Assembly: GCA_018398765.1 (NCBI GenBank) | Contig: JAHBMJ010000472.1 | Coordinates: 1-47,905 of the forward strand | Origin: Chromera velia | Lineage: Eukaryota | Direction of reading: 5' to 3' | DNA: 47,905 bases | In this document: positions 25,901-44,201 of the stretch, piece by piece | Position numbering within the stretch: the stretch's first letter is position 1 | Layout: each line of letters starts with the position of its first letter | Position numbers and translations under genes: made by a program | The notes under the pieces: model-generated | What the model saw: the letters and a program-made list of their open reading frames with translations, nothing else | The model's database searches: none | Told to the model about the DNA's origin: nothing

Positions 25901-27756
25901 GAGGGGGCCCCGGCATCTTTGCGGAGGAACCTCCGGACAGATGGGAGCTGGACGTTGTATGATCACCAGCCCCCCCTCCAATGCTCCCGGCAGCAGCTGC
26001 TGACGAGGAGCTATGCGGGTCATGATGCTGAGGAACGAGACCTCTGCTGCTGCTCTGATGTCTGCTGAGCACTTCTTCCGCCCCCTCTCCCTCCAACGAT
26101 GGAAGAATACCGACAGAATTCGGTGGCCGCACAACCACAGGGGCAGCTGCGGCCTCCGATGTCCCCCCCACCCCCCCATTCTCTTCAAGTGTCCAGTTTG
26201 TAAACTCAAACATCATTTGGTCTGCAGGATCTCCACGCAACACACCTTCAATGCGCGTCAGACTGTGACAAGTGGCCATGGCCTGTAAAATCAACGGGGG
26301 CGCATCCGTCTCCTCTGTGATCAACGGACCCACGCGGAGATCCTCTTGATTCTGTCGGGGGGGCACATGATCTGTCTCGTCGACCTCTCCTCCTCTTAGA
26401 CTGCCTCTTTTGTGCGCAACAGCTGATATTCCCCCCAAACTTCTCTTTTCAGGTTCAGACTGGACGTGCACGCCGTCGCTCACCCTTTCCCCGTCACTCC
26501 CTCTCTCCTTTGCTCCCCCCTCCCCCGTCTCGTCTCCCACCGCCTGGGGCCCCGAAGAGGCCGCCGCTTTTCGGGATTTGAGCGTCTTTCTCGCTCCCCC
26601 CAACGATGGCCGTTCACTGCCCGGAGGAGGGGGGAGAGACAGGGGGAGGCCGTTGACAGCGATCAGCCCCGCAAAGTCTAACCCTTCCTCTGTCAGAGTG
26701 CCTGTCTTATCGAAGGTCAAAACCTTCACTTGGCCTGAGGCGTTTACTTTTGAGGGCTGGATGCAACTCACTTGGGAGGTCTTCAATCGGTTCAACGCAA
26801 ACGCAACCCCCACAGTCATCGCAGCAGGAAGAGCCGGAGGAACAGCAGTGGTCAACAGATCGAGGCACCGAATTGTGGTGTCCCATGAGCTCAGTTTTTG
26901 ACTTCTCGCGACGTACAAGGTCAGAGCCATTCCGACCAAACCAGCGACACTGAGCACTGCAACAAACTTGAAAGAGTCGGCAGTAAAGTCAAATCTGCTA
27001 TCGTGAGGGAAAAGAATTGACCGCATCAATCGTCCCTGAACAGAGGAGAAACCTGTCCGGGCTGCGAGGGCAAGCACACGTGATTCTCCTCCTCCCGGTC
27101 TTGCGAGGATGACTTTTGTTCCAGAGAAAAGGGTGCACCGTCTGTCTATGTCGATGTGGAACCTGTCCTTCCCCCCGTCTTCGTGTGCAGTCGGGAGGGG
27201 GGACTTCATTACCGGGACGGACTCGCCAGTCAACATCGCCTCGTTCACAATTCCCTGATCAAAGCATTGAATGAACAGGTGAAGCAAGATAGGGTAAAAG
27301 AAGAAGAGATTTGGGTGAGCACGGAAAGTTGCGGACTCGAAGGAAGAAAAAGGAGACGAACGAGAAGAAAGCAAAGAAGGCCAAAGGACAGGGCTACCTA
27401 CCGCACCCCTGAAGGATATCCAGGATGGTGGGTGGGTGGGCAAACGGGTACAAATTCGCATACATGTCATTGCATCCACTCGCTCACTCCGTCAACTAAG
27501 AAAGAAAAAAAAGGAAAACAGAGGGACCACACCAAGGCTCCATACAGCAAACAAACAAAGAGACCACGAACCCCACTGACCGATCCATTCAGGAGAATGG
27601 CATCACACGGCAGCACCAGCCCGGGAGTCACTTCGAAGACGTCTCCTGGCACCAACTCCGACGACCGAATCTTGTGGCGTCTCTCCTGCAGATTTGGTTA
27701 GTCAGCTTCCAAAATGTGTGCATGCATACGCAGACACAAACACAAACACACACATC

Positions 27757-27821
<65 letters not shown>

Positions 27822-28953
27822 AGAGAGAGAGAGAGCACAGCATCCCCCCAGAAAGACACACAGATCCAAATCTATTCAAGTATGTGTCATGTCTAGCCCC
27901 CCTTTTCTTTTCATTCCTCTTCCCCTCCTTATTTGACCAGTTGCCTTGCAAGCCTGCCCCCAGCCACCCCCCCATCCCCCCACCTAGCCACCTACACACC
28001 TCCATGGGGCTCGAGAGAGGCCCTCTGCAGACGAGGATGTCACACTCATATCTGGCCATCTCCCTCATCTTGATCATCGACGACCGGGTGTCCACTAGAC
28101 CCGCAATGGTACTCACAATCGTGATCACCGCGATGGCGAGCGCATACTGCAATGCAATCAGCCCCCGAAAGAAAGCAAACAGGCAGAGGAACAGAATGTC
28201 GTCATCTCATTTCCTCCCAACAGAGGAAGGAGCTCATTTCAGGGCACTTCAAAAAAGAAAACGAAGAAAAAAAGAACTCTTCTTTCGTCTTGGGGGAACA
28301 TCGGCAGCAAGTTCAAAAAAAGGACTTTGCGGTTGTTTCTGTTTACTATGTGTTTAATGAAACTCAGAAGCCCTCAAACAAAAGCCACTGAAGCTACATA
28401 CATACGCACACGCTCGCTCGCTTTTCAAACAAACATGTGCATGGAGAGGAGAGGACAGATCCTGCCTGGGAGAAGTACGGAGAGCGACAAAACAGACTTT
28501 TTACTGCCTTCTTGTAAATCCAACGATCCATCCGACTGTTTGCCCAGCATTTCATTTGGGGGAGACATCCACGTGACGATCAAAAGGCCAAGACAAGGAT
28601 TTTTCCCCTTCCTTTTTAACATTCCATGGTCAACAGTACCGACAAGAATGAATGACCCTTCTGCGATATTGACCCCAAACCGTCATCACATTTGTCCGCA
28701 TCTATTTTGTTCCTGACCTTCCAATAGTCATCAACCACCCACAGAATCACAGAGAGAATCTGAAAGACGTAGAACGGATGAAGCACCTGCATCATCAACG
28801 CACACACATACAGGAGTTAGCTGGAAGGGAGGGAGAAGAGAGCAAGGATGCTGGTAAATCGGACGTATTGAGGAAATACGCCCAGAAGCTTCACGACTAC
28901 ACACACACACGCACAGACACACACACACACACACACACAGACACACACACACA

Positions 28954-28990
<37 letters not shown>

Positions 28991-29187
28991 ACACACACAC
29001 ACACACACACGCACGCACGCACGAACGAGGGATCACACCTGACTTGTGGGACAGCGAACGAAAGATTTGAAAGCGGAGTTATAACACACGGGGGGGGGGC
29101 ACAGAAAGCGGTCGATAGAAAGAGACAGAAGGACGGACGGAGGTCTCCAGACCTTCATTGCCCACAGATTCCTTCATTGCATTCTTT

Positions 29188-29222
<35 letters not shown>

Positions 29223-29825
29223 GCTTTCCTCAGTCCCCGCTTCCCTTCCTCGTCCAGGATCATTTGTCTCCTCTCGGGGGTTTCTCCTTCCTCTTCCACT
29301 GTGAGTGACATGCATGACCCCATGCACTCTCCCCTTCCCCCTATCAACCAATTCAATATACACGTACCTCTTCGACCAGCAGTTGGAAGATGGGAGTGAC
29401 GGGAGGATCTACCAGACAGGGTCCGAACACAGCCGCCCTCTCCTTCACCGTCTCCTCCCTCTCGATGCCCTTCCCGAGGTGCCGGTGAATTGCCGCAGCA
29501 GTGAGTCGAGTCTCGAAAAAAACACGACGGAAGACCCCCGTGCTGCAGTGGGGCAGGGAGGGAGGCAGGTAAGAAAGGACGGAAGCAAGCATTCGCTCAC
29601 ACAATAAAGCAGAGACGCACATAGAGGCTACCAGACAAACATACGGACAGACAATGCAGACCTCTCACAGTCTTCTCCGCTCACTGAGGCACGCTTGTCT
29701 CTCGAAAGTGCAAAGGAAGGACAAAATCTAACTGAGCCTCGTCCGGATGACAAAGCATCTGCATGCGCAACCGTACGCGCACGCACGAAGAGAAGCATGC
29801 AGTGGAAGGAAAAAAGAGCCAGAGC

Positions 29826-29861
<36 letters not shown>

Positions 29862-32033
29862 GAGTTCCACGCTGACGACCGACCTATAGTCGAGCATAAA
29901 CCGGGTACAGTTGTTCTCGAAGCAGATTGCCGGAGGAGCCATCGCCGCATTCCCCTGTCTCCCCGCCCCCGTCCCTGCGGCTCCGTTCAATCCCATTTCC
30001 ACATCAGGGCCGCCACCAGCAGGCGTCTCGTCTCTTCCCCTCACAGGCGAAGAGTCCAACACCCCACCCTCTTCCTCACCCCTAACGGTCGAACAACTCG
30101 TTGCACTCACCGCACTGGCCCCACTGTCACGGTTGGGGAGCAACTGAGGAGGGGCACTGACCCTCTCAATCTCTAGTCCCTTTCCTCCCTCATCTGCGCC
30201 TCTTGCCCCAGAGGCTCCCTCAGAACTTCTCTGTCCCTCTATCGCAGGCGGCACTTTCCCCTCAGCAACAGTGGCGTCTTCCTCGGCCGCCTCGGCAATC
30301 TCCGTGAGATGGCCGGGGCGGAATTTTTTCTTCCCTGCTCCCTTTCTGCTCTTCGCTTTGACTCTCAGCTTCTGCCCCCCCGCTCCTGTTGAGAGCAGCG
30401 TAGTCACTGCAGAGGTGTAGGCGTCGTTGGGGAAAGACGCCGACATGATCCTCTCCTGAATCGAATCTTCGTGCAAACCTGAATCGAGAAAATAGGGAAA
30501 GAAAAATGAAGAGGGACAAAGTTCGAGAGTGATGGGAGAGAGAGGACGAAAGGAAGTGCACACGAAAGGAAAGACAAGAAGAGATGCGAAGGGGAAAAGG
30601 GACATGGGGAAAGTGAGCAGAGAAGGGAAGTAGAGAGAGGAGAGGGAGGGGAGGCAGGAAACATGCCACGAGGAGTGGAAAGGGAAGACGAGACCGTGTC
30701 AAGGACAATAGTTTGAAAAATGGAGTCTCACATTCTCTCTCTTGTTGTCTTTGCGCTTCGCTGACGACATTCCGGCTCCCTGCTCTCCCTTCCTTTTGTT
30801 CCCAATTCATTCTGTCTCTCAGTCTCATCGTCCGCGTGTCTCTGCACATAACCTATCAGCCTGCCTGCCTCTCTGCCTCGCCGAAATGCCTGTCAGATCT
30901 CTTTCAGTCCACACACACCCGGATGGATATTTTGGTGTTTCTTGATCGTTGCTCACTGACCTGCCCGAAAGAAGTGAGTGAGCCGGACGCGCACCAACGG
31001 CACAACTCTGCATGAAAAGGAGGAGCACATATGCTAAGAACATCACAAAAGCAGGTCCGATAGACGCATAAAAAAAAGTCACAACGTCAGGCGGGACGCA
31101 GCTTCACTCTGTGTACGACATTCCTCCGGTCTTGGAAGGACGCAAGGAACCTTGAGGGAGGAGCTAAGACGACCAGAGAAGAAATTAGGGGAAATCTTTG
31201 GACACAGAAGGGGGACGGGATGACTGAGACGTATATAAGCAGAGTGGTCTGTCTAAATGTGCATAGCCAGATCGTTTCCTACTAGGAGACGGCATCGATC
31301 TCTGGCCGTAGGGGAGCAAGAGGACGACTGTAGTGAGAGGGAAAACTTCCTTTCGATCCGCTTAGATGGAGAAATAAAAAATCGGCATGGATCCTTGCAA
31401 AGCAAAAGAAGACGATCGGACTCACTTCTTTCTTTTCTTGACAGTGTTCACCAGCATGACGGTGGCATCCTTCAGTTTGCAGAGCCTGTGCCTGAAGTGG
31501 AAGGAGAAGATGGGGAACCACCGCATGGCGATAAGAAAGATCCCGAAGGAGGCGATGCCCAGAATCCAGTACAGAGGTTCCCTCACCCTGTCCTTCATGT
31601 AGGACTGTGCAGAGACAGCAGCGTGAGGTTCTGCCTCCACTCGGGCCGTCCCGCTTTCCCCCGCGCTCTGTCCCCCCTGTCCGGGGCCTCCCTGCTGTTT
31701 GGCGTGGGGAGGCGCGTCGTTCAACTCATCCTCTACTGCTGTGTCGTCGACTTCGAAAAATGAGCAGTCGAGAAGTCTGCAAGCGCACAGAAGGGGGCAG
31801 TGAAGCAGTGCGGCGTCTCTGTGATATGAGGGGAGGAGACAGACAGTGTGACGAGAGGACGAAGAGACCCACCCAGGTTTGATCGCTGGCAGGGCTCCGG
31901 CGTGGGATCCCCTCCTTTTCCCTGCAGAAATCATGCAGTTTGTGTGGCACGTATGCACACGGATATTATCTGGAGAGAAGAAGGCGGCATTGAGGACCAC
32001 AGATCACGCACCTGACTGCCGAGGCTGTGACAT
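17609..32033 (-). CDS. P5B-type P-type ATPase (ATP13A-like, putative polyamine transporter), 20 exons, about 2404 aa
   Basis: Exons 32033-32012, 31921-31873, 31776-31426, 31007-30961, 30478-29884, 29542-29368, 28786-28718, 28146-28000, 27685-27581, 27254-25773, 25461-25355, 25060-24815, 24360-23842, 23394-21343, 20905-20691, 20489-20371, 19874-19737, 19312-19225, 18822-18709, 18183-17609. All introns are GT-AG and the exons sum to 7215 nt, in frame. Motifs: HPFYVFQ, LVPGD, LPCDAILL, NEAMLTGESVPV, TM4 PPALP (P5B signature; P5A has PPELP), DKTGTLT, KGSPE, TGDN, VFARM, MCGDGANDC, EGRCAL, WRKPMYTN. The first four exons are less certain. Confidence 0.95.
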
Positions 32034-32564
32034 GGTGAGGCACTCACGAAATGAGCCTTCGTCCGTCTTCTCCCCACTCAGCAACCGGCGGAGCTATTCT
32101 TTTCTCTTTCTGTATGTCTGACTGACTGGCGGTCCTTCTTTGGGCATGAACCAAGACCAAAGGAAAGAAACGCCATCGACCGGTGATCTCTACACTTCCG
32201 TCGCAAAAGATGGCAAAACAAGGGACGAATCCTACAGATGTGTGTAGACATCATGAATGTCGACTGGAAGAGTGCAGGCACTTACAGCCTGCATGATGGA
32301 ATGGCAACACCCCGATCGGACTGTCTACCACCTTGACCGTACAGTATATATCTCTGTCGTACAGTCTGCAAACCCGTCTGGGTATCGGTGTGCTATATAG
32401 TGTGTTGTGTCCCACTGGTCTCGGACATGCCTTGGCCCCACAAAGTTTGCACTGCCATGCAGATTCGCCCGACAAGCCGGTCGGCGGAAACTGTATCTTT
32501 TTGCATGTATGACTTGGTTTCTCATGCACAAATCGACAAACTAGGTTAGATCCGCCTCTCATAT

Positions 32565-32672
32565 ATGGGGACGCGGCATGCATGAAAAAATCCTCAATCA
32601 TCACGTTTCTCATGCACATTAATTATGATTGAGGGTTGTGTTATGCATGCCGCGTAGATGCCGCGTCCCCAT
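32565..32672. repeat. Fold-back (palindromic) element of about 108 bp
   Basis: ATGGGGACGCGGCAT...ATGCCGCGTCCCCAT form perfect 15-bp inverted termini. An inner imperfect arm pairs ACGCGGCATGCATGAAAAAATCCTCAATCAT with ATGATTGAGGGTTGTGTTATGCATGCCGCGT. Confidence 0.75.
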
Positions 32673-33265
32673 TATAGTTTTGTTCAAGTCCTCAAACTGC
32701 TGCGAGCTGCAGGCCTGCCAAACATGAAAGTTCACCCACACTTACTGATGATACTAGATGATACTACCTAGTAATACTAAGTAATATCTAGTAATATCCA
32801 CACTAACACATAATACTCCTATTCCAAACAGTTTAAGAGGGAGTCTTCCTAGCTATTTCAGACAACTTCTTTCATGTTTCTTTTTCGTGTTTTTTAAATA
32901 TGTTTCTCTACTGAGTAAATTAAATCTGTGGTTCCTAGTTTATAACAATATTATCTAAACAAATCTAGTGTACAAAAAATTAACAAACTAAACTAAATTT
33001 ATTTCACAATTTAACCAAAATGTTTTGAGGCGTTTTACATAGCGTTTTAGAGTTGTAGACTAATTAATTAAGACTAATATACCAAGACTAACTAAGACCA
33101 ACACGAGTAACCAACACACTTTAGCAGGATTACGATTATATTTGAGAGGGGTCTAATAGTGTGAAAGTGGAAATCGACTTAATTCAAAGATCGGGACTTT
33201 ACGGATTTTGACTTTTCTAAGTTCCTGTTGATCTTTGACCAAGCATAGTTTCTACTTGGTTTAAT

Positions 33266-33366
33266 TCTTTAGTTCATTTTAGTTCATTTTTTCTTGTAAG
33301 ATCGATTATTAAACTAACAAAGTTTTCTTTAGTTCATTTTTTTTTTGTAAAATCGATTATTAAACT
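33266..33366. repeat. Imperfect direct repeat of about 40-50 bp in an AT-rich island
   Basis: TCTTTAGTTCATTTT...TTGTAA(G/A)ATCGATTATTAAACT occurs twice. Confidence 0.75.
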
Positions 33367-33659
33367 GATTAAGTTCAATCAATCAACAACTTATAACTTG
33401 ATTAAAAACAAAACTAGTCAGGCAGTATCATGCGGTGTAATGCAGTATTCGTTATAGTTAAGTAATTCAAGATAATATAACTTAGTGTTTCAAACTACAA
33501 AAGGTTTAATCACTTTGCTTTACCTTCGGGGCCTTGCCTCCTGCAGACATTTCGATCATAAAAAAGAGAAGCAAGGTGTGCGGTTTGCCACAGTATATGT
33601 ATGCGCTTTTTCTTTCTGCATCAATGCCTTCCATCCAGGTGGAATATCATTTCCTTTTA

Positions 33660-33915
33660 CCTCCTCCACGTAGCATCTGTTAACAAGGAGACTCGGATTT
33701 CTCAGCATTCATTCTTCATTGACGTACTCTAGAATCTGGCGCCCTCCTCATGCCTGCATGCAATCATATGATTGCACGTTCCGCCATCCGGTTTTGCTGC
33801 ACGGGAAGGAACTCTGGGTAAATATGTAAAATTGGAGAACTGTTTTGGAATTGCCCACAGTGTTCCTATCCGATTCCTAACCTGATTCCCACCTTTAGAA
33901 AGAAGCACATTCAAA
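33660..33915 (-). pseudogene. Possible decayed retroelement integrase fragment
   Basis: One minus frame reads PVQQNRMAERAII*...MNAEKSESPC*QMLRG. This resembles the rve-integrase motif PQQNG.AER and the downstream N...SP.Q.L.G, and is interrupted by stops. Recognised by eye only. Confidence 0.3.
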
Positions 33916-34675
33916 GTTTAACCGAGAAGCAAATTTAAGCACTGCCTTGACCTGCTGGCAACTGGCCGCCCCCTTCTCCCTATGAGAGGTAGCTCTACCA
34001 GAGTTGCCCTAACACGCCTTGCCATAGATCTAGTCATCCTGCAGTTGTTGGGGAGTACCAAACTCCGAGGCTGCATGACAGATATGCAAAATAAGTAATG
34101 CAACAAGCTTTGATCAGTTTCACAAAAGCCGGTGCAAGCTCTATACGGCATGCCACTACGATTTGTCAGTGGAAACTTTGCTTGTCAGAGAAAAAGGAAG
34201 GGGCAGGAAGAGACCCGTTCACTTATCACTTACTTGGGAAGAAAAAGAAAGATAAAAGTTGTTACTGAAGGCTTCTCATCTAATAGGGCTTCTTAATTGA
34301 GTATACTTAAACAGTTCCACATATTTATGCATATATCGACCTAGCTTTTGCATAGATTGCATGCTCGAGATCGCAAGAGTCGCGAGGAATCGGCTCGGCC
34401 TGCACTTCATATTAAAAATTTCGCCTTATCTTTTTTTTAAAAAAAACATTGCAGCAGTTGCAACCGCCACCATCCCCAGGATGGAAGTGAATAGAGGGGG
34501 GGCAAGCGAAAAGAGAGAGAGGGGAGAAAGAAGAATGAAAGTGGGGAGGGCGACAGCTGTTTGAGGGGAGGGAAGGCAGAAAGGAGGTCGGGGGGGCGGG
34601 GAGGTAGTCAATGGGAGGGGAGAAGGCAATGACGAAAGGGGGTTCCGGAGAGGGGAACACACACACGCACATATG

Positions 34676-34716
<41 letters not shown>

Positions 34717-34769
34717 ACATACACACATATATACACGTACGCACGCACACACGCACGTACACATACCTA

Positions 34770-34790
34770 GTACTTAGGTTCAGGGAGGTT
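34770..34790 (-). mobile_element. Solo copy of the same MITE terminal inverted repeat
   Basis: The reverse complement of GTACTTAGGTTCAGGGAGGTT matches the first 21 nt of the 17032 TIR at 19/21. No partner TIR was found nearby. Confidence 0.6.
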
Positions 34791-36073
34791 AGACAGTTTG
34801 CCTCTTTACTCGTAGAACAACCAGTTTAGCTCGACAATTGGTATCCGTCGTTCGATGGGGAAGCAAGTCTCACTTCTACACGATGCCGTTCTGAAACCTT
34901 TTGGCCAAAAAGAAGAGAACTCTTGCATTTGAGGAGGAAGATGGAGAAAGATGGAGAAGGAGACGGGAAGCAGTTTTTGTCAGTTCCGCAAACCTGCCCG
35001 GAGAACAGATGCCAGTTCTTAAGAGTTCCTCACCAACCTGCAGTTGGACAGCACAAGCAGTTGGCGCGCACGCGTGCTGAGTCCGAAACACTGGCAACGG
35101 GGTCAGACGGATGAGGTTTTTTCCTTTTTTGGGAAGTGGTTCGCGGAATGGGGACAAAGCCAAGCCAGGCTACCATTTTATACTATTTTTGCCCGTCTCT
35201 AAGACTTCAGCCGTCTCCGTCATTCTACCACCGGACGGAGGAGCGTCAAGTATGAGGTCGCATAAGGGAGAGAGCTAGCAGCGAGAGCAGTAACCAGGAT
35301 AGAAGGAAGAGACGAAAGACGCATAGGCCAGATACTAGGAATAAACTTTAAGTCAATGCCCCCCACCACCGTCTGCCTCAAAACAGGCAGGCTAGAAGGA
35401 GCTTTGGGGCAAGATATGAAGGTGAAAGGGCACAACCTACCCTAGCCTATCAGAATAAAAGTTTTGTGGCTCTTCTTTCTTCTGATTGGGCTAGTCTAAG
35501 ATTTCGGCAGAAAGAGGACAAGGCCACGCGTTTTGTGTAAGGATGTAAGACCACTCTGCCTTGCCGCGGGAATTAAGTGAGTGGCCGTCACGGGAAAGCC
35601 GACGGTTTTTGCCTGTGTTATCTTCCGTCGTGGGAGAAGACTGCCCTAGCAGTGTGTCCAGCTGCGTATCAAACCAGCCGAACGTTAGACGCTCATTTAT
35701 AGGCCGATAATGGCCGATAGCGATGGTGAATGATGATGATGATGTCATAATGATGATGATGATGATGCAGCCATTAATAGGCCCCGTTATCAGTTAATTC
35801 TTTTTCTTTTCTGTAGTGTTTTTAAAACTGTTTTACTCTTATAACATTGCAACAAAAGCAATCCTAGAAGCAATCGCGCAATGTGTATTCTTCATTGAAT
35901 GGTTGCTTAAGTTTTAATTATGTTTGCCAGTGCTCTAATTTTAAATAAAAAATGATAAAAATTATTTAGTGATTTGATTTGATAACCAAATTTGAGTGAG
36001 ATTGAATCAAAGTCATTATTGATACAGAATTGATTCATCGTTCAGCAATCAGATCACGCAACAGCAGTTGCAA

Positions 36074-42046
<5,973 letters not shown>

Positions 42047-42861
42047 ATCTGTCTGAAAGATGTCCGCAAAGACTTTCTTCTACTGCTTCTTCTCCGCCCG
42101 TTCGGGTTTTGCAGAAATTCCCGTGCCTGTCGTGTGTTTTGTTTTGGAGTCTAGACTCGAGGCTTTCTGAAGAGCACAAAAGATGTTCTCACCGACTCCG
42201 TCACTAAAGCAGATGCTTGAAGCCCGATGATCCCTGTTCAGATCCGATCGCACTTCTGCCTTCCGACCTTATGCGCACAGCTCCTGCCGATACGAGATGG
42301 AATCTGACAGCTTTCTATCCAATCGACGGGGCAGCAAAGTTTCGCGCAATTCACTCCAGGTCAGCCCTCGTTATCGCAGCGTGACACCTCTGGACAGCTA
42401 AAATCAGGACTCTGAACACTCTATATATATCCCTGCCATCGTTGATTGAGTGTCCACCATCATCCACCATCTGTCGACATCTGTCGACCAGAGCTAGAGC
42501 GTCTCTTTTTGAGACGGCTTATCCATTCGAACCGTTCTGAATCGAACGTACGTGCATGCATGTACGTGCAAGCGCTAGCTGCATTGTGCGCAAAACCAAT
42601 TAATTATGAATACAATATACAATATTTCAACAATACATATAGACAAACAAGAGCTGCCGTCAACGTCCACTCGTACCGCAACTATATATTTCAATGATTC
42701 AATCAGTTTAGCTGATAAGCTGCTAAAGCATTCAGTCATGCCCATCGTGTTACTGATATCGACTGTGACAAACAGTTATGTAGCCGTCTGAGAAAGGGAT
42801 CTCAAGACTCAATCAAGTGTACGACGAACAAGTCTGCAAGTCTGTACATATACAACACATC
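42047..42861. promoter_or_regulatory. Divergent intergenic region with a TGCATGCA/CGTACG near-palindrome
   Basis: Lies between head-to-head RagC and the F-box/ankyrin-like gene. ACGTACGTGCATGCATGTACGT at 42546-42567 and a TATATATA at about 42422. Confidence 0.45.
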
Positions 42862-43908
42862 ATGGCCTCATTGGAGTTTGTGCCTCTCGAGTGCCTTGCA
42901 TGTATTTTCAAGCTAACAGGAACCAATGGGCTCTCTCAGTTCTCCTCACTCAGCCCCCTGTGGAAACAGTGGGTGCTGACTTTTACAGGATCTGAGTTCT
43001 CTTACTTCTGGACCGTTGAACAACACCTGCCACTGGGGGTGCCATTGTCTCACGAATTTTTATCTTTTTTGATTCGTTTAGGGGCACCCGCGGGCCCTCT
43101 TATCCGCAGGATGGCAGTTCTGGGGACTCAGTACATGCCCCTCTGCCAGCAGTTTCCGTCACTTTCTTTCCCAACAACAACCCAGGCTGTCTCGTCGTTT
43201 GAAGACCTGAGCAACATCTTTTACGCGTTTGAAGGCTGCTGCTCGGCAGGCCACCTTGAGGGCGTGTGGGATTTGTGGCGTCTTCTTTCTCTTACAGCAC
43301 GAAACAGTAATGTGCAGTCGTTCCTTGAAGACTGTGCTTGGAAGGCGGCAGAGGGGGGGCACCTGCACATTCTTTCGTACCTTCGGACGGCAGCGAACGT
43401 CCAGCTGACAATTGACGTAACCAAACTATCAGGAATCGAACGGCTTGCAGACATGACTGCAAGTCAGTTCCACTTTCCCTCTCCTGTGTTGAAGTGGGCC
43501 GACTCCCCCAATACCACCCTCGATCGGTTAATGGAAATCGGTTGGACGCTCAACGAGCAGACGCTTTCACAGACAGATGCCAGGAGAGTGATGAGGTGTC
43601 TGGGGGGGCTAGATGGGCGAGTAATTCGCGAGATAGTCAAGAGCGTCATCAACTTCCACATAGCAGCCTCAATCAAGTGCCTCATGACGTCGGGTGGGGA
43701 GGCCTCCTTGGTCACCCCGCTGGAGGAGTGGGGGCGGGAATTCCTCTCCCCGCTACATGGAGACAGCTACCACGCTGTCTCTCAGGAGCTCCACGTGCGT
43801 CCTGGGATTCTCCGGGCCCTCACTTGTGCGATCAGGGGGGCTTCCGGGCAGGGGCAGGGGGAGATCGCCGCTTTAACAAACCAACTGAGGGCGGATGCAG
43901 AGACGTAG
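42862..43908 (+). CDS. Intronless 348-aa protein with F-box-like N-terminus and degenerate ankyrin-like repeats
   Basis: Uninterrupted non-repetitive ORF from the ATG at 42862. The N-terminus (LEFVPLECLACIFKLT...LSQFSSLSPLWKQWV) follows the F-box pattern LP.E.L..IF...L....S..W. The segments CSAGHLEGVWDLW and AWKAAEGGHLHILSYL resemble ankyrin repeats. Domain calls are by eye. Confidence 0.7.
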   Translation: MASLEFVPLECLACIFKLTGTNGLSQFSSLSPLWKQWVLTFTGSEFSYFWTVEQHLPLGVPLSHEFLSFLIRLGAPAGPLIRRMAVLGTQYMPLCQQFPSLSFPTTTQAVSSFEDLSNIFYAFEGCCSAGHLEGVWDLWRLLSLTARNSNVQSFLEDCAWKAAEGGHLHILSYLRTAANVQLTIDVTKLSGIERLADMTASQFHFPSPVLKWADSPNTTLDRLMEIGWTLNEQTLSQTDARRVMRCLGGLDGRVIREIVKSVINFHIAASIKCLMTSGGEASLVTPLEEWGREFLSPLHGDSYHAVSQELHVRPGILRALTCAIRGASGQGQGEIAALTNQLRADAET

Positions 43909-44170
43909 AAGCAAGCGAAATGGTCAGTCTAGTCTGAATAGAATTGATCCCGACAGACACAGACAGACAGACAGGCAGACGGACAGACACGCAGGCCGGC
44001 CGGTCGGAAGACAGGCAGGCAGGTAGACAGACAGACCGACAGCCTTTATGACTTCCTTTTCTTTCATTCTTTCTTGTTTTTCTTTCTTTTTGTCTGTCTG
44101 TCTGTCTGTCTGACATATAGTCTGTCTGTCTGTCTGTCTGTCTGTCTTGTGTATCTGTCTGCCGGCCTGC

Positions 44171-44201
<31 letters not shown>

